A stretch of DNA of 64,000 nucleotides from positions 64,001-128,000 of IMG/VR virus record IMGVR_UViG_3300045256_000135; one strand, written 5' to 3'. Made by a program: the position numbers and the translations under genes. Positions 48,260 to 57,985 of this stretch are shown here, one piece after another. This stretch comes from a virus. The number at the start of each line of letters is the position of its first letter. The first letter of the stretch is position 1. Under the pieces are notes generated by a model. That model was not told the DNA's origin, made no database searches, and worked only from the letters and a program-made list of their open reading frames with translations.

Positions 48260-50417
48260 CATCAAGCTTGAAGGTGCGGTCGACCGATTTAAGAAGCTCG
48301 GAAATGAGCTAGAAAAGCTAATCTCGAGCAAAATCTCGGTAAACGACTCCCTCGCTTCTGTAATTGCTAAGTACAATCAGCCGTCTCCAGCAGAGGTAGA
48401 AGTCCTGCGAACTGAGTTGGTCACAAAGCAAAGAGAGCTGAAAGAGTATGCTCCCTTGTTTGGTGATCGCAGTACTTTGAAGCAAGCGCTCGAATTGAAT
48501 CAGATTCACCAGAAGGTGGTGGATGTTCAAAAAGCAATGCGTATGGGCATTGTGGACATCGAAGCGGGTGAGGAGCAGCTAGCAAAGCTCAGACATGAGA
48601 TGAGTCTTGCTGAGCTAAAAGCACACTCTTTTAGCATGTCTGGCTTGACAGATGAACAGGGTGGTAAAAGTAGCGGTGGGCTTGGATCAAAGCTAGAGGC
48701 TGGAGCAACTGAAGGCATAAACGCAGCAATCACAAAAGTATGCTCAACAATCAGTGGCGAGGCTGCCGGAATTGCGGAAGGTTTACTCGGTTTGTCATCA
48801 GCTCTTCCGGTGGCCGGTGGTCTGTTTGGCTTACTGATGTACGGTGTTAAGGAGCACGATAGACTTCAGCAACAGTCTGGTGCTTTGCTGAACGTCGTGA
48901 GTGCTTACGGAGCAGAAAGCTATCGGAAGTCGATAGCTTGGCTTGACGGTTTTCAAGAGCGAGCCCAGAAATTCTACGGTATTAGTCGAGGAGCAGTTCT
49001 AAGCATCGTTTCGCAATACGTAAACGCAGGCGTAAGCTTGTCTGATTTTCTTTCGGTTTATGATGCTAGCTTAGGCGAAGTGGGGACTAATGCCGTCACA
49101 GCAACCCTAGCTCTGGATAGGACCTTCGAATTGGCAAATGGGTTCACTGCTCGCGGAGCCATTGCACAGATGCGTGCTCATGGCTACTCGATGCATGATG
49201 CCGTGTCTAGAATGGCCTTGATGGAGTCTGCCGTAGCAAAAGCAGGGCTTGGAGTTGAGCGAACTATCACTTGGGCTCTCCAAGCTGCTCAAAACGTGCG
49301 TAGGTTTGGTATAGACGCACAGCAACTAGTAGAAGCATCAATCGCGTTCAGCAGATCACGGAGAAACAAAGGCCTCGGCCAGCAAACTGGTGTTGCACAG
49401 GGTCTGTCCGAATTCACACAGGGACTCTCTTCGTTGTCGACCGCTCGTGAGCTGTGGATGGCGGAACAACTTGGGTACGGTAAGGGTCTACTTGGTCGAT
49501 GGGCTATGCGTGACATGTTGAAGAACGTTGATTCAACTCGTCTCTTGCAGATTGCTAAGATGTTCAGAGATGAAGCTGTCAGGTCTGGTGGAGATGAGAC
49601 TAATGCTCGATTCTTCCTTGAGCGGCAGGGTTTCGGGTTTGAAGGAGCTAGAGCTATCTACGAGCTGGGGGATTTGACTAACAAGGACTTGAAGTTGTCT
49701 GAGCTTGATGCGCAAGCTCTTGGAAACCTCCGCTCTGCATTTGTTGACGAGGGCAGTAAGGTTTCTGAAAATCAACGAAAACTGAACGCGATTTTGGCGA
49801 GTATGCGAACTGTTGCTCAAACCTCTATGAGCATCCTCAGTGACGCGGTTGCGTTTGTGATTGTTGGTGTAGAGTCGCTTCCGTATATCATGTTGGGTAC
49901 CGGTGCTCAGAGAAGGGCAGCATATGCTGAGCTAGAGAGGATCACAGGTGATCTGACCGGAAACGCAGCACTGTTTTGGTCTGGCTTGAAAAGCACCGGC
50001 GAAGGGATAGGCCAGATTCTTGAGCCACACATTCGACCAATTGTCAAAGCATTGGTGTTTGATCCAAAAGTCTCACTAGCACAAAGGGACGCTGCCATAC
50101 AAGCTGCTTCAGATACTGAGAAGCACACTAATCGAGTTGCCGCTTGGCAGAATCCAGTACTCAGACCGGTTGGTGATGCAATGCTATTTGGAGCAAAGAC
50201 AGTTAACCAGGGTCTAAAGGCAACAGGGGCTGATACAACTGACACGGACAAGTGGGGAATTGTCTCTGATCAGAGGATTCAAAAGACCGAACAAACGAGA
50301 GATGAGGCCGATAGCAATGGACCACATTCGATGGCACCAGTTATCAAGCGGCGGATGCACCCTGGAGCTGATTCAGCTGATTCAGTACGTGTTCAAGTGA
50401 CGGTTGCTTATGGCTGA
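48252..50417 (+). CDS. Tape-measure-like protein B
   Basis: LPVAGGLFGLLMYGV, FQERAQKFYGIS and GFGFEGA motifs shared with A and C. Confidence 0.7.
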   Translation: MADIKLEGAVDRFKKLGNELEKLISSKISVNDSLASVIAKYNQPSPAEVEVLRTELVTKQRELKEYAPLFGDRSTLKQALELNQIHQKVVDVQKAMRMGIVDIEAGEEQLAKLRHEMSLAELKAHSFSMSGLTDEQGGKSSGGLGSKLEAGATEGINAAITKVCSTISGEAAGIAEGLLGLSSALPVAGGLFGLLMYGVKEHDRLQQQSGALLNVVSAYGAESYRKSIAWLDGFQERAQKFYGISRGAVLSIVSQYVNAGVSLSDFLSVYDASLGEVGTNAVTATLALDRTFELANGFTARGAIAQMRAHGYSMHDAVSRMALMESAVAKAGLGVERTITWALQAAQNVRRFGIDAQQLVEASIAFSRSRRNKGLGQQTGVAQGLSEFTQGLSSLSTARELWMAEQLGYGKGLLGRWAMRDMLKNVDSTRLLQIAKMFRDEAVRSGGDETNARFFLERQGFGFEGARAIYELGDLTNKDLKLSELDAQALGNLRSAFVDEGSKVSENQRKLNAILASMRTVAQTSMSILSDAVAFVIVGVESLPYIMLGTGAQRRAAYAELERITGDLTGNAALFWSGLKSTGEGIGQILEPHIRPIVKALVFDPKVSLAQRDAAIQAASDTEKHTNRVAAWQNPVLRPVGDAMLFGAKTVNQGLKATGADTTDTDKWGIVSDQRIQKTEQTRDEADSNGPHSMAPVIKRRMHPGADSADSVRVQVTVAYG

Positions 50418-53019
50418 TTTGCATTCATTGACTGCAGCCCTGCAAGGATTCGGGGCTGGAATGGTCAAGCTGAATGGTTTGCTTGGAAAGTTCTCAGAGA
50501 CTCGAGAGAAGTGGCTAGAGAAACCTGTTGAACTTCCAGCACCTCCACAGCCAAAGCACCCTCTCGGTGATGAGCATCAAGAGCTTCTTGACATCAAGCT
50601 CGACGCTGGGAAGATTGGTGGACTACTCGAAGAGAGTTACTTCGAGCAGATGGCTACTATTCAGGTTCAGATCAGTGAGGTGAATGCTGCTGTTCGTTTG
50701 GGTGTGGTTGATAAGAAGCATGCGTCAGAGCTGCTAGCAGAGCTGGAAGAGAAGTATGCTACTCTTGGTCGTGAAGCAAAAGCGCACGACTTTGGTGGTG
50801 CTGGCGCAGTGGAGCTTCTTCGGCAGGTGTCAGACGCTCCAAACAAAGCCATGCAGTTCGTGAAGGATCAGTTTGCTGGAATCGCAACTGGCACTTTGGG
50901 GCTTGCAGCAGGTTTACCAATAGCTGGTGGTCTGTTTGGTTTGCTGATGTACGGTGTCACTGAAAAAGATCGTATGGCGGTGCAAGCTGGTGAACTGACG
51001 AACATTATGTCTGCGTCTGGTAGATCGGTATCGTCTAGTTTTCTGCAATTTTACGCCAGTTTCCAAGAGAATGCTCAGCAATTCATGGGCATGAGCAGAA
51101 GCGATGTTCAGTCGATTATCTCGACTCTTGTGCAATCAGGGGCAGTGCTAGATGGGTTAAGCACTAACTGGCACTCAGAGCTGGGGGTTGTTGGGCATGA
51201 CGTGATTACGATGTCTCTAGCGTTTGATAAGCTCTTTGAGGAGGCCACGGGGACAACGATCAGTGAGGCTATAGAAACCTCTCGAAACTACGGGGTAAGT
51301 CTAGAATCAGCCACGCTATCTATGATCAAGATCGGGTTCTCTGCAAGTAAGGCTGGAACATCGATCTCTGGCTTCATGAAATACGTGACGGATCTAGAGC
51401 CACAGCTTCGCTATTACAGAGCTGACGCTGAATCGATTGCAGCACTCACTATCTCTCTTCAGGAGGAGTACGAAAACGCGGGGATGGTAGCCTCTGTTGC
51501 AATGGCGACCGCAAAGCAAGGTATGCAACAGATTAGTCAGGGGTTGTCCAATCTTAGCATTGGTGTGAAGGCTCACGTTGGCGAGCAGTTAGGGCTGGGT
51601 GATGGCGTTGATGCCGCCTACGCTCTGACTGATTCGATTAAGAACGCTGATTCGCAGATGTTCTTCAGCACGTTGAAGCAGATCGCCTCACTCGCCGAAA
51701 AAGAGACAAAAGGTACTGGTACTGAGCTCCTGAGTCCAGACGATAAGATCCGCTATTACCTAGAGAACCAGCTTGGGATGGGTTTCGAGGGTGCTTTGGC
51801 TCTATCCAAGATTCTGAAAATGCAAAGCTCTCAAGCAAAGCTTGGAGAAGTTGAAGCGTCGGATTGGGCGTTGTTACGAGACTCGTTCAAGACTGAAGCA
51901 GAGAAGCAGTCCGAGCTAGAGAAGGACAAGAACGAGATTCTGAAGGGGATGGCGAACGTTGGGCAGGGCATGCTTGGCACGCTTCTCTCGTTTTCTGGAT
52001 TTGCGATTATTGCGATCAAGGGCCTGTTCTCGATGCAGTATGGTGATTGGAATGCCATGTTAGCCAATTTTGGAGGGCAAGCGTTGTCGGCTGGGCTAGG
52101 CGCTATTGACGTTGATATCACATCAATCAACTTCGTTCCGAGATCTGCTCAAAATCTGGCAGTTTACCAAAAAGAGCAGGAATTCTTCAATCAGATGGGT
52201 GACCAGTTCCACCAGGTGGTTACAGGTACCAGCATGATTGGAAATGGCATCGGAAAGATTGCGTATCCACTCATTGTACCGTTATTAAAAGCACTAGGTT
52301 ACAAGTCTGGCTGGACTTCAATTGTTGGACAAGCTGCGGGACAGACAATTGCAAACTTTGACGCCGCAGTAGCTAAGGCAGCTCCAGGTGTTTACAAAAC
52401 CCTTGCTGATGCTCCAAAGAAGTTGGTTCAAGCTGATGGCAAATACACTGCCTACGCACCAGCTGGTTCAACACTGGTTGAGACCAAAAAGATGCCTGTA
52501 ACCTACGAGCAAGTCAGGGCTGCGGTTGCTGAGGCGTTCAAGCAAGTGACTGGTGCTATGCCGTCAGAAGAGCTAGCTGACACATTAGCCGCGCAGGCGT
52601 GGTTTGAATCGGGTCAAACAGGTGGGCTCTACAACTACAACTTCGGCGGTGTGAAAGGAAAAGGCACAACGGGGCAAACTGCTCTGTTTGCAACCCATGA
52701 AGTGATCAACGGTGAGACCTTAGCTGTGAAGGACTTCTTTCGAGCATACGAAACCCTGCTCGATGGTGCCATTGACTACGTCAAGATCCTCAAAGGTCGC
52801 TATCAGTCTGCGATTGACGCTGCTCAGCATGGGGATGTTGAAGGGTACGTACACAAGCTGAAGGAACGTGGTTACTTCACTGGTGATGAAGCGAAGTACA
52901 AGCAGTTCATTTCGTCGATCATCAAAGCACACCAGAAACCCAAAGTTAACGTCACAGCAACGATGAACAAGACGCCAGACGGCAACGAAGTAAGAGTCGT
53001 TACGCAGATCTCTCATTAG
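50410..53019 (+). CDS. Tape-measure-like protein C with C-terminal GH73/FlgJ-like glucosaminidase
   Basis: Shared motifs with A/B; AQAWFESG...YNFGGVKG...FRAY.T..DG..DY...GYFT. Confidence 0.75.
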   Translation: MADLHSLTAALQGFGAGMVKLNGLLGKFSETREKWLEKPVELPAPPQPKHPLGDEHQELLDIKLDAGKIGGLLEESYFEQMATIQVQISEVNAAVRLGVVDKKHASELLAELEEKYATLGREAKAHDFGGAGAVELLRQVSDAPNKAMQFVKDQFAGIATGTLGLAAGLPIAGGLFGLLMYGVTEKDRMAVQAGELTNIMSASGRSVSSSFLQFYASFQENAQQFMGMSRSDVQSIISTLVQSGAVLDGLSTNWHSELGVVGHDVITMSLAFDKLFEEATGTTISEAIETSRNYGVSLESATLSMIKIGFSASKAGTSISGFMKYVTDLEPQLRYYRADAESIAALTISLQEEYENAGMVASVAMATAKQGMQQISQGLSNLSIGVKAHVGEQLGLGDGVDAAYALTDSIKNADSQMFFSTLKQIASLAEKETKGTGTELLSPDDKIRYYLENQLGMGFEGALALSKILKMQSSQAKLGEVEASDWALLRDSFKTEAEKQSELEKDKNEILKGMANVGQGMLGTLLSFSGFAIIAIKGLFSMQYGDWNAMLANFGGQALSAGLGAIDVDITSINFVPRSAQNLAVYQKEQEFFNQMGDQFHQVVTGTSMIGNGIGKIAYPLIVPLLKALGYKSGWTSIVGQAAGQTIANFDAAVAKAAPGVYKTLADAPKKLVQADGKYTAYAPAGSTLVETKKMPVTYEQVRAAVAEAFKQVTGAMPSEELADTLAAQAWFESGQTGGLYNYNFGGVKGKGTTGQTALFATHEVINGETLAVKDFFRAYETLLDGAIDYVKILKGRYQSAIDAAQHGDVEGYVHKLKERGYFTGDEAKYKQFISSIIKAHQKPKVNVTATMNKTPDGNEVRVVTQISH

Positions 53020-53040
53020 TCTTTAAGAGTGGTTAAACCC

Positions 53041-53091
53041 ACAGCTTACTATATAGCTACGTCAACCTGGAACAGTGTGTAAGACAGGTAT
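53041..53091. promoter_or_regulatory. Degenerate copy 3 of the composite element
   Basis: ACAGCTT-N6-TAGCTAC, then AGACAGGTAT 21 nt downstream. Confidence 0.45.
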
Positions 53092-53100
53092 GGAGAGAAC

Positions 53101-55581
53101 ATGTCTAGGGCTACTGGTGTAGAACAGGGCAAGGTACGGAACTTCTTCCCTGCCTACCGAGTGTTCATTGCTGGGGTCGAAGTAACAAGACTTTGCTCGT
53201 CAGTGCGGAACAGCTGGTCAGACCACAACCCAGCACAGGTGGTTGTCGAGCTTGTTAACCCAAACCAGTTGATGACTCTGACAGCGTACGACATGCTGCT
53301 GATTGCTGCGTACAAGCAACAAGCAGTGTCCCAGGCTCTCGCCGAACTGTCAGCAGAATTTAACTCGAGATTGTTGCGGCTTGGGTCAGAGAACGTATTC
53401 CAGAGAGCGCTGGGGGAGCTACAGGATCAGTTTCCCATTGATCCCCAGGACGTCTTGAACTACTATGCTGACATTGCGCGTCAAGATTTGATTTTTCCTC
53501 AGGTGGGGAATTTGCCACCTCCACTCGATATCTTCGCCGATCTGAAAAACACGATTCTAGCGAAGAAGCTTGAGTTGGTGTATCAGCAGGGCACAATTGG
53601 CATTGATGGTCAGCCCTTACCGAACGAAGCTTTCTTCAAGTACCCAATGGTTCAAGGGCAGTGGATCTGGCATACTGAGGATCCAGTAGTCGTTGCAGTT
53701 CGAGATGTCGCGGACCCGAGCAGGTGGTATTGGTTTGGTCGTGGAACAATCACGGACATCTCTGAAGACGAAGACGAGAACATGCAGTCGAAGCTCAACA
53801 TTACTGTTGAGGGTGTTCTCAAACCGTTCAGAAATTCCCGTGTAGCAAACTTCACTGGCGCAATTTTGTCACCACGAGAATTCAAAACTGCAGCTGGGGA
53901 CGTAACTACGATCAGTCCAGAGGATTACTCTCAGATCCAGAATGCAAGCTATACCAACTTTCTGCAAAACCTCACGATTCAACAGATCGTGGAGATCATG
54001 GTGTTTGGATCTCAGTCGGTGCTTGACGACTTGGGTCAGGCAGTGCGAGCTGTGCAGCAGGGTGATGAGCCAGAAGCTCTGCTGCAAGAACGCTTCGGTA
54101 TACCTGTAAACTCTGAGGGAGCTATCTCTGATCAGGCGATCTCTGCGTTTCAGCAACAACTGCGGAATCTGAATATCTCTGGATTAGGTGGATTCAAACG
54201 TTTTTCTCGGGTTTCTGGTGTGGACGTACGAATTCTGGGTGGCGGAAACGCAGACAATGCTTCGGACGTTGTTCTTGGTACTCAGACACCGTCTCTCAGT
54301 GAGTGGCACAAGCTGCTAGATAATGAGATCACTACTGCAGACTTCTACAACATGTACATTCCAGACGCTGTTCAGACCGGCGTTACGTCGAACACGTCTG
54401 GCAGGCCTGTGCCACCCCTACAGTGGTTGGCACAAGGTACAGTTCGAGGCAACCAGCTGAATTTGAACACACAAGTTGACCAAGGAACACTGCTAGAGCA
54501 GGTGATCACCGCAATCGGAACGCACCCAGAAAACTACCCAATTCGTCAACGTGTCCTAATGCTGCTCCCGGCAAACTTGGGCGCCAGATTGGGGCGGAAG
54601 GTGCTAGACCTAGAGATAGCAAACTCAGCTGGCTCTGTAGCAGAATTCTACGACAGATTATCCTTGCTTCAGCAGATTCTCAGCAGAATGGAGTTCTCGT
54701 TTTACGACACACCTCGAGGTGACGTAGTGATTGAGATGCCATTGTACGACTTTGAACCTAGACACTTTGCTAACACCAACGAGCTTTCTGATCAGTACAC
54801 TGAGGGTCCAACTGGAACAGGAAACGTCACCCAAACGTTTACCAATGTTGAGGAGCAACTTACAGCTGACGCTGCATTCCAAGAGCTTACGGCCATTGAG
54901 AAAGCGAATCTTGAGTCAGTTGTGCCAACCACGACTGCGTATGATCGAACCTTTCGGATCTTTCCGTTCGAACAGATCCGGATCAATATCACTCGCAGTG
55001 ATCAAGACGCAAAGACTGTTTGGGTGGCAACACCTAGATGGACCGAGGCAATTGCTAGAGATGGTTCACAAGCATCTCGACAAAGGGTTGCAGTTGCTCT
55101 GCCGAATTTGATCCCGTTGTACGGTATCCGCGTAGAGCAAGGAGACCCACCAGGCAATATTCGAACGGATGAAGCTGCACGACTCTACTGCTACCTGCAA
55201 CTGATGAAGTGCAATGCGGATATTGTCAGTCTTCGTGTGCCATGTTTGCCAAATTGGGGAGCATGGCTAAACCGCCCGGTGCAAGTCGACTCTCGCAACA
55301 TCATTGGATCGACCAAGTCAATCACGCACTCCATTGTCTGGCAGTCGGATTGTTCGACGGAGTATGGGTTCTGGCACTGCAAGTTTTGGGATGGACGATT
55401 TGTACCAACAGCTACAGGTCCTAGAAAGCTGTATTCTACGTTTGGTGGGGTGAACTCCCAACCCTTCAACTACTCGTATCTCCTGCAAATCGACAAGATC
55501 TCAGCAGCACTTGGAGCTCAACCTGGCCAAGCTGATGCAAATCTCAGTGCAGTCTTTGACACGATTAGGAATGGACGATGA
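53101..55581 (+). CDS. Putative baseplate hub protein
   Basis: RVFIAGVEV start; EFSFYDTPRGDVVIEMPLYDF; YGIR; position before spike. Confidence 0.6.
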   Translation: MSRATGVEQGKVRNFFPAYRVFIAGVEVTRLCSSVRNSWSDHNPAQVVVELVNPNQLMTLTAYDMLLIAAYKQQAVSQALAELSAEFNSRLLRLGSENVFQRALGELQDQFPIDPQDVLNYYADIARQDLIFPQVGNLPPPLDIFADLKNTILAKKLELVYQQGTIGIDGQPLPNEAFFKYPMVQGQWIWHTEDPVVVAVRDVADPSRWYWFGRGTITDISEDEDENMQSKLNITVEGVLKPFRNSRVANFTGAILSPREFKTAAGDVTTISPEDYSQIQNASYTNFLQNLTIQQIVEIMVFGSQSVLDDLGQAVRAVQQGDEPEALLQERFGIPVNSEGAISDQAISAFQQQLRNLNISGLGGFKRFSRVSGVDVRILGGGNADNASDVVLGTQTPSLSEWHKLLDNEITTADFYNMYIPDAVQTGVTSNTSGRPVPPLQWLAQGTVRGNQLNLNTQVDQGTLLEQVITAIGTHPENYPIRQRVLMLLPANLGARLGRKVLDLEIANSAGSVAEFYDRLSLLQQILSRMEFSFYDTPRGDVVIEMPLYDFEPRHFANTNELSDQYTEGPTGTGNVTQTFTNVEEQLTADAAFQELTAIEKANLESVVPTTTAYDRTFRIFPFEQIRINITRSDQDAKTVWVATPRWTEAIARDGSQASRQRVAVALPNLIPLYGIRVEQGDPPGNIRTDEAARLYCYLQLMKCNADIVSLRVPCLPNWGAWLNRPVQVDSRNIIGSTKSITHSIVWQSDCSTEYGFWHCKFWDGRFVPTATGPRKLYSTFGGVNSQPFNYSYLLQIDKISAALGAQPGQADANLSAVFDTIRNGR

Positions 55582-57011
55582 GACCTAGAACACCGCAAGA
55601 CAAAAACCCAACTACTGCTGCAAGAAACGCGGATCAATTCTACTCTCGGGTCCAAAGAGCGGTTATCACAACCATCGATACGCAGCGAGGAGTTTGCTCG
55701 CTCGAATTCGAGAACACACCTGGAGAGCGGTCCGGTGTAACAGTTCCCATCGGTTGGCTCTCCTTGCCTCGCTCGAGAGCAAGGGCTGCTTGGAGCCGAT
55801 ACATGCCCCAACTCGGGGATGTGGTGCTGGTTGGCTTTGATTCAAACTCAGACGCCAGAATCCTTGGTTATGATGCGATTTCGTATGAGCTTTTGACCAA
55901 GCTACAGGAAGAGGAGAACATTACGTTCTTCGACCTTCAACCGGGTGAGTTTGACAGCAAAAGCTCAGGGAACGCGTATATCAAGGGTGATCGACTTGGG
56001 GTGCTTTTACTTGCTGGTGGTCTTCAGAGCATTGTACTGGACAAGCAGAGACGAGAGTTGGTCGTAAAAGCATCGACCCACAAAGAGGTTCTAGATGCGT
56101 CGATTTCTCGACTTGGTGTGGCAAAACGAACCTCCACCACGAATAGCTCTGACGTAGTAGCTAAGCGTGGGTTTGGGGTTCCTGCTGAACCTAATGGTGC
56201 AACAGCTTCAGCACCTAATCTATACGAGAAGACAGTAGATCTTCGCCAGGTAACCACTGGAGTCCCGTTTGGTACTCCGATGGCCTTTGAGTCTTTGGGC
56301 GATGTACTAGATCCCGATGTGGATGAGATTGAGCAAGGTAACTGGGGAGCTGCTGGCCCAGCTGGAGTCAAGCAGATGAGGGCCACCGGGCAGTTCGTCA
56401 GAGCACTACTTCGAGTATACGACTCAACCCCTAATGGCACAGCTCTGGGGACTCCAGGCCCCGTTGGCGGGTCTGCAAAGCGTCCATTCGAATATGCTAT
56501 TGACGTACTTGGTAATGTTGTCGTGAACCAAGGTCAGCTTGCGTCAGCGGGTGTATTCGCTTACCTACCTATAAGTGTAGAGCTTCAAACTCTGCTGTTC
56601 ACACTTCACACTGCTACCGCAAAACTTGGGGACAAAAACACCGCTACCGAGCCAGTTGTATGTGGCAACTTGTTCTTAGACGCTACGTCTACGTTCATGA
56701 CAGCACATGCTACATACATAGCTGCAGTTGAAGCGTGGTCAGCAGCAGTAACCGCATACAACGTTGCGGTTGGAGGTGCATTTGCAACAGCTGGTTCAGG
56801 AAGCGGCTTGATTACTCCAGCTATTGCTGCTACAATGGCTGCTGCCGCTACTGCGTATGGGTTAGCTGAAGTCAACTTCGCAGCTGCTACTACAACTTTC
56901 AATGCAGCTATTTCAGCGTATGTTACTGCAGTGACGAATGCTCTGTCTAAGGCAGTTTTTGTCTCGTTGAATCCAGGTGTTCTGCAACCTACGAGTGAGA
57001 AACAGATATGA
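55578..57011 (+). CDS. Putative baseplate spike (gpV/gp5-like OB fold)
   Basis: ITTID..RG...MPQLGDVVLVGF...LQPGE; EPVVCG followed by Ala-rich helix. Confidence 0.65.
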   Translation: MRPRTPQDKNPTTAARNADQFYSRVQRAVITTIDTQRGVCSLEFENTPGERSGVTVPIGWLSLPRSRARAAWSRYMPQLGDVVLVGFDSNSDARILGYDAISYELLTKLQEEENITFFDLQPGEFDSKSSGNAYIKGDRLGVLLLAGGLQSIVLDKQRRELVVKASTHKEVLDASISRLGVAKRTSTTNSSDVVAKRGFGVPAEPNGATASAPNLYEKTVDLRQVTTGVPFGTPMAFESLGDVLDPDVDEIEQGNWGAAGPAGVKQMRATGQFVRALLRVYDSTPNGTALGTPGPVGGSAKRPFEYAIDVLGNVVVNQGQLASAGVFAYLPISVELQTLLFTLHTATAKLGDKNTATEPVVCGNLFLDATSTFMTAHATYIAAVEAWSAAVTAYNVAVGGAFATAGSGSGLITPAIAATMAAAATAYGLAEVNFAAATTTFNAAISAYVTAVTNALSKAVFVSLNPGVLQPTSEKQI

Positions 57012-57511
57012 GCTTCTGCACGGATATCAAGCTGGGCAAGTTCGAGGTGTGTATTGTCAACACACTGTTAAATCTTAGTTCTACTGCACTGCAGCAACTG
57101 CAGAACCTTCTACGAGCTCAGATCCCGATTCTCGACGCCTTGATCTGTGAAGCAATCCTCAGTATCGGATCCGCTGATCTGCAAACCCAACAGCTCCGAA
57201 TACAGTCTGACATAGCACAGCAGGCGATCACCCAAGCGAAGTCAACACTCAACAGCATCCCTCTGGGTACTTTGGACACTGCATGTACTGATTGGGCGAT
57301 TGTGAATGGCTCGATCAACAGTCTGTTTCAGAATGAGATCTTTGCTCGTGCAGACCAATTACTGCAAGAGTTTAAGCGAGCCACCTCAATCCAAAGTGAA
57401 GCTTCAGCTCTGAAAGCCGAGTACGAGGAGCAGAAGCAGTTGCTGTTGGATTTCATCTCTCTGTTAGATTCGATCATTCTCGAAGCAAAGTGTCGAGAAG
57501 CTAAGGCGTGA
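57008..57511 (+). CDS. Hypothetical helical protein
   Basis: ATGA coupling; L/Q-rich. Confidence 0.6.
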   Translation: MSFCTDIKLGKFEVCIVNTLLNLSSTALQQLQNLLRAQIPILDALICEAILSIGSADLQTQQLRIQSDIAQQAITQAKSTLNSIPLGTLDTACTDWAIVNGSINSLFQNEIFARADQLLQEFKRATSIQSEASALKAEYEEQKQLLLDFISLLDSIILEAKCREAKA

Positions 57512-57556
57512 AACAATCCTTTGGTGGAGGGATTGTTAACATTGTCTTAGCTGGGA

Positions 57557-57982
57557 ATGTCGCAAACGTTCAAGTTCCGCAATCAAGATGTAGTTCTCGA
57601 TGCAGCTGGCGCTCTCGAGATGGTCGCTGACTACGACAAACTACGTCAAGACCTATCGGAACTGTTCTCTATCGGCATCACCAACAATGGGTTTGGTGCC
57701 GGACTCATTGACCTTGTTGGCGCGTCAGATTCGTTTGATGACGGATATGCTAGCAACGTCGAGTTCACACTTCGTGATCGAATCGAGTCTGCAATTTCTC
57801 GGTTCCAGGTCCTGCAGAAGCGCAATTTGAACAATATGCCACCAGCAGAGCAAGTGGTAGGATTGTCGGATCTTAACGTACAACAAGACCCAACCAACCC
57901 CACTACCTACCGGTGGAAAGTAGTCCTGCGGACTCTCGCTGGTGAAGTCACGCGATCCGGCAAGCTCTCTATTCCTGGTTGA
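57557..57982 (+). CDS. Baseplate wedge protein, gp25/GpW-like
   Basis: KLRQDL...FGAGL..LVG...I..AI...QDP.NPT; precedes baseplate J. Confidence 0.7.
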   Translation: MSQTFKFRNQDVVLDAAGALEMVADYDKLRQDLSELFSIGITNNGFGAGLIDLVGASDSFDDGYASNVEFTLRDRIESAISRFQVLQKRNLNNMPPAEQVVGLSDLNVQQDPTNPTTYRWKVVLRTLAGEVTRSGKLSIPG

Positions 57983-57985
57983 ACC

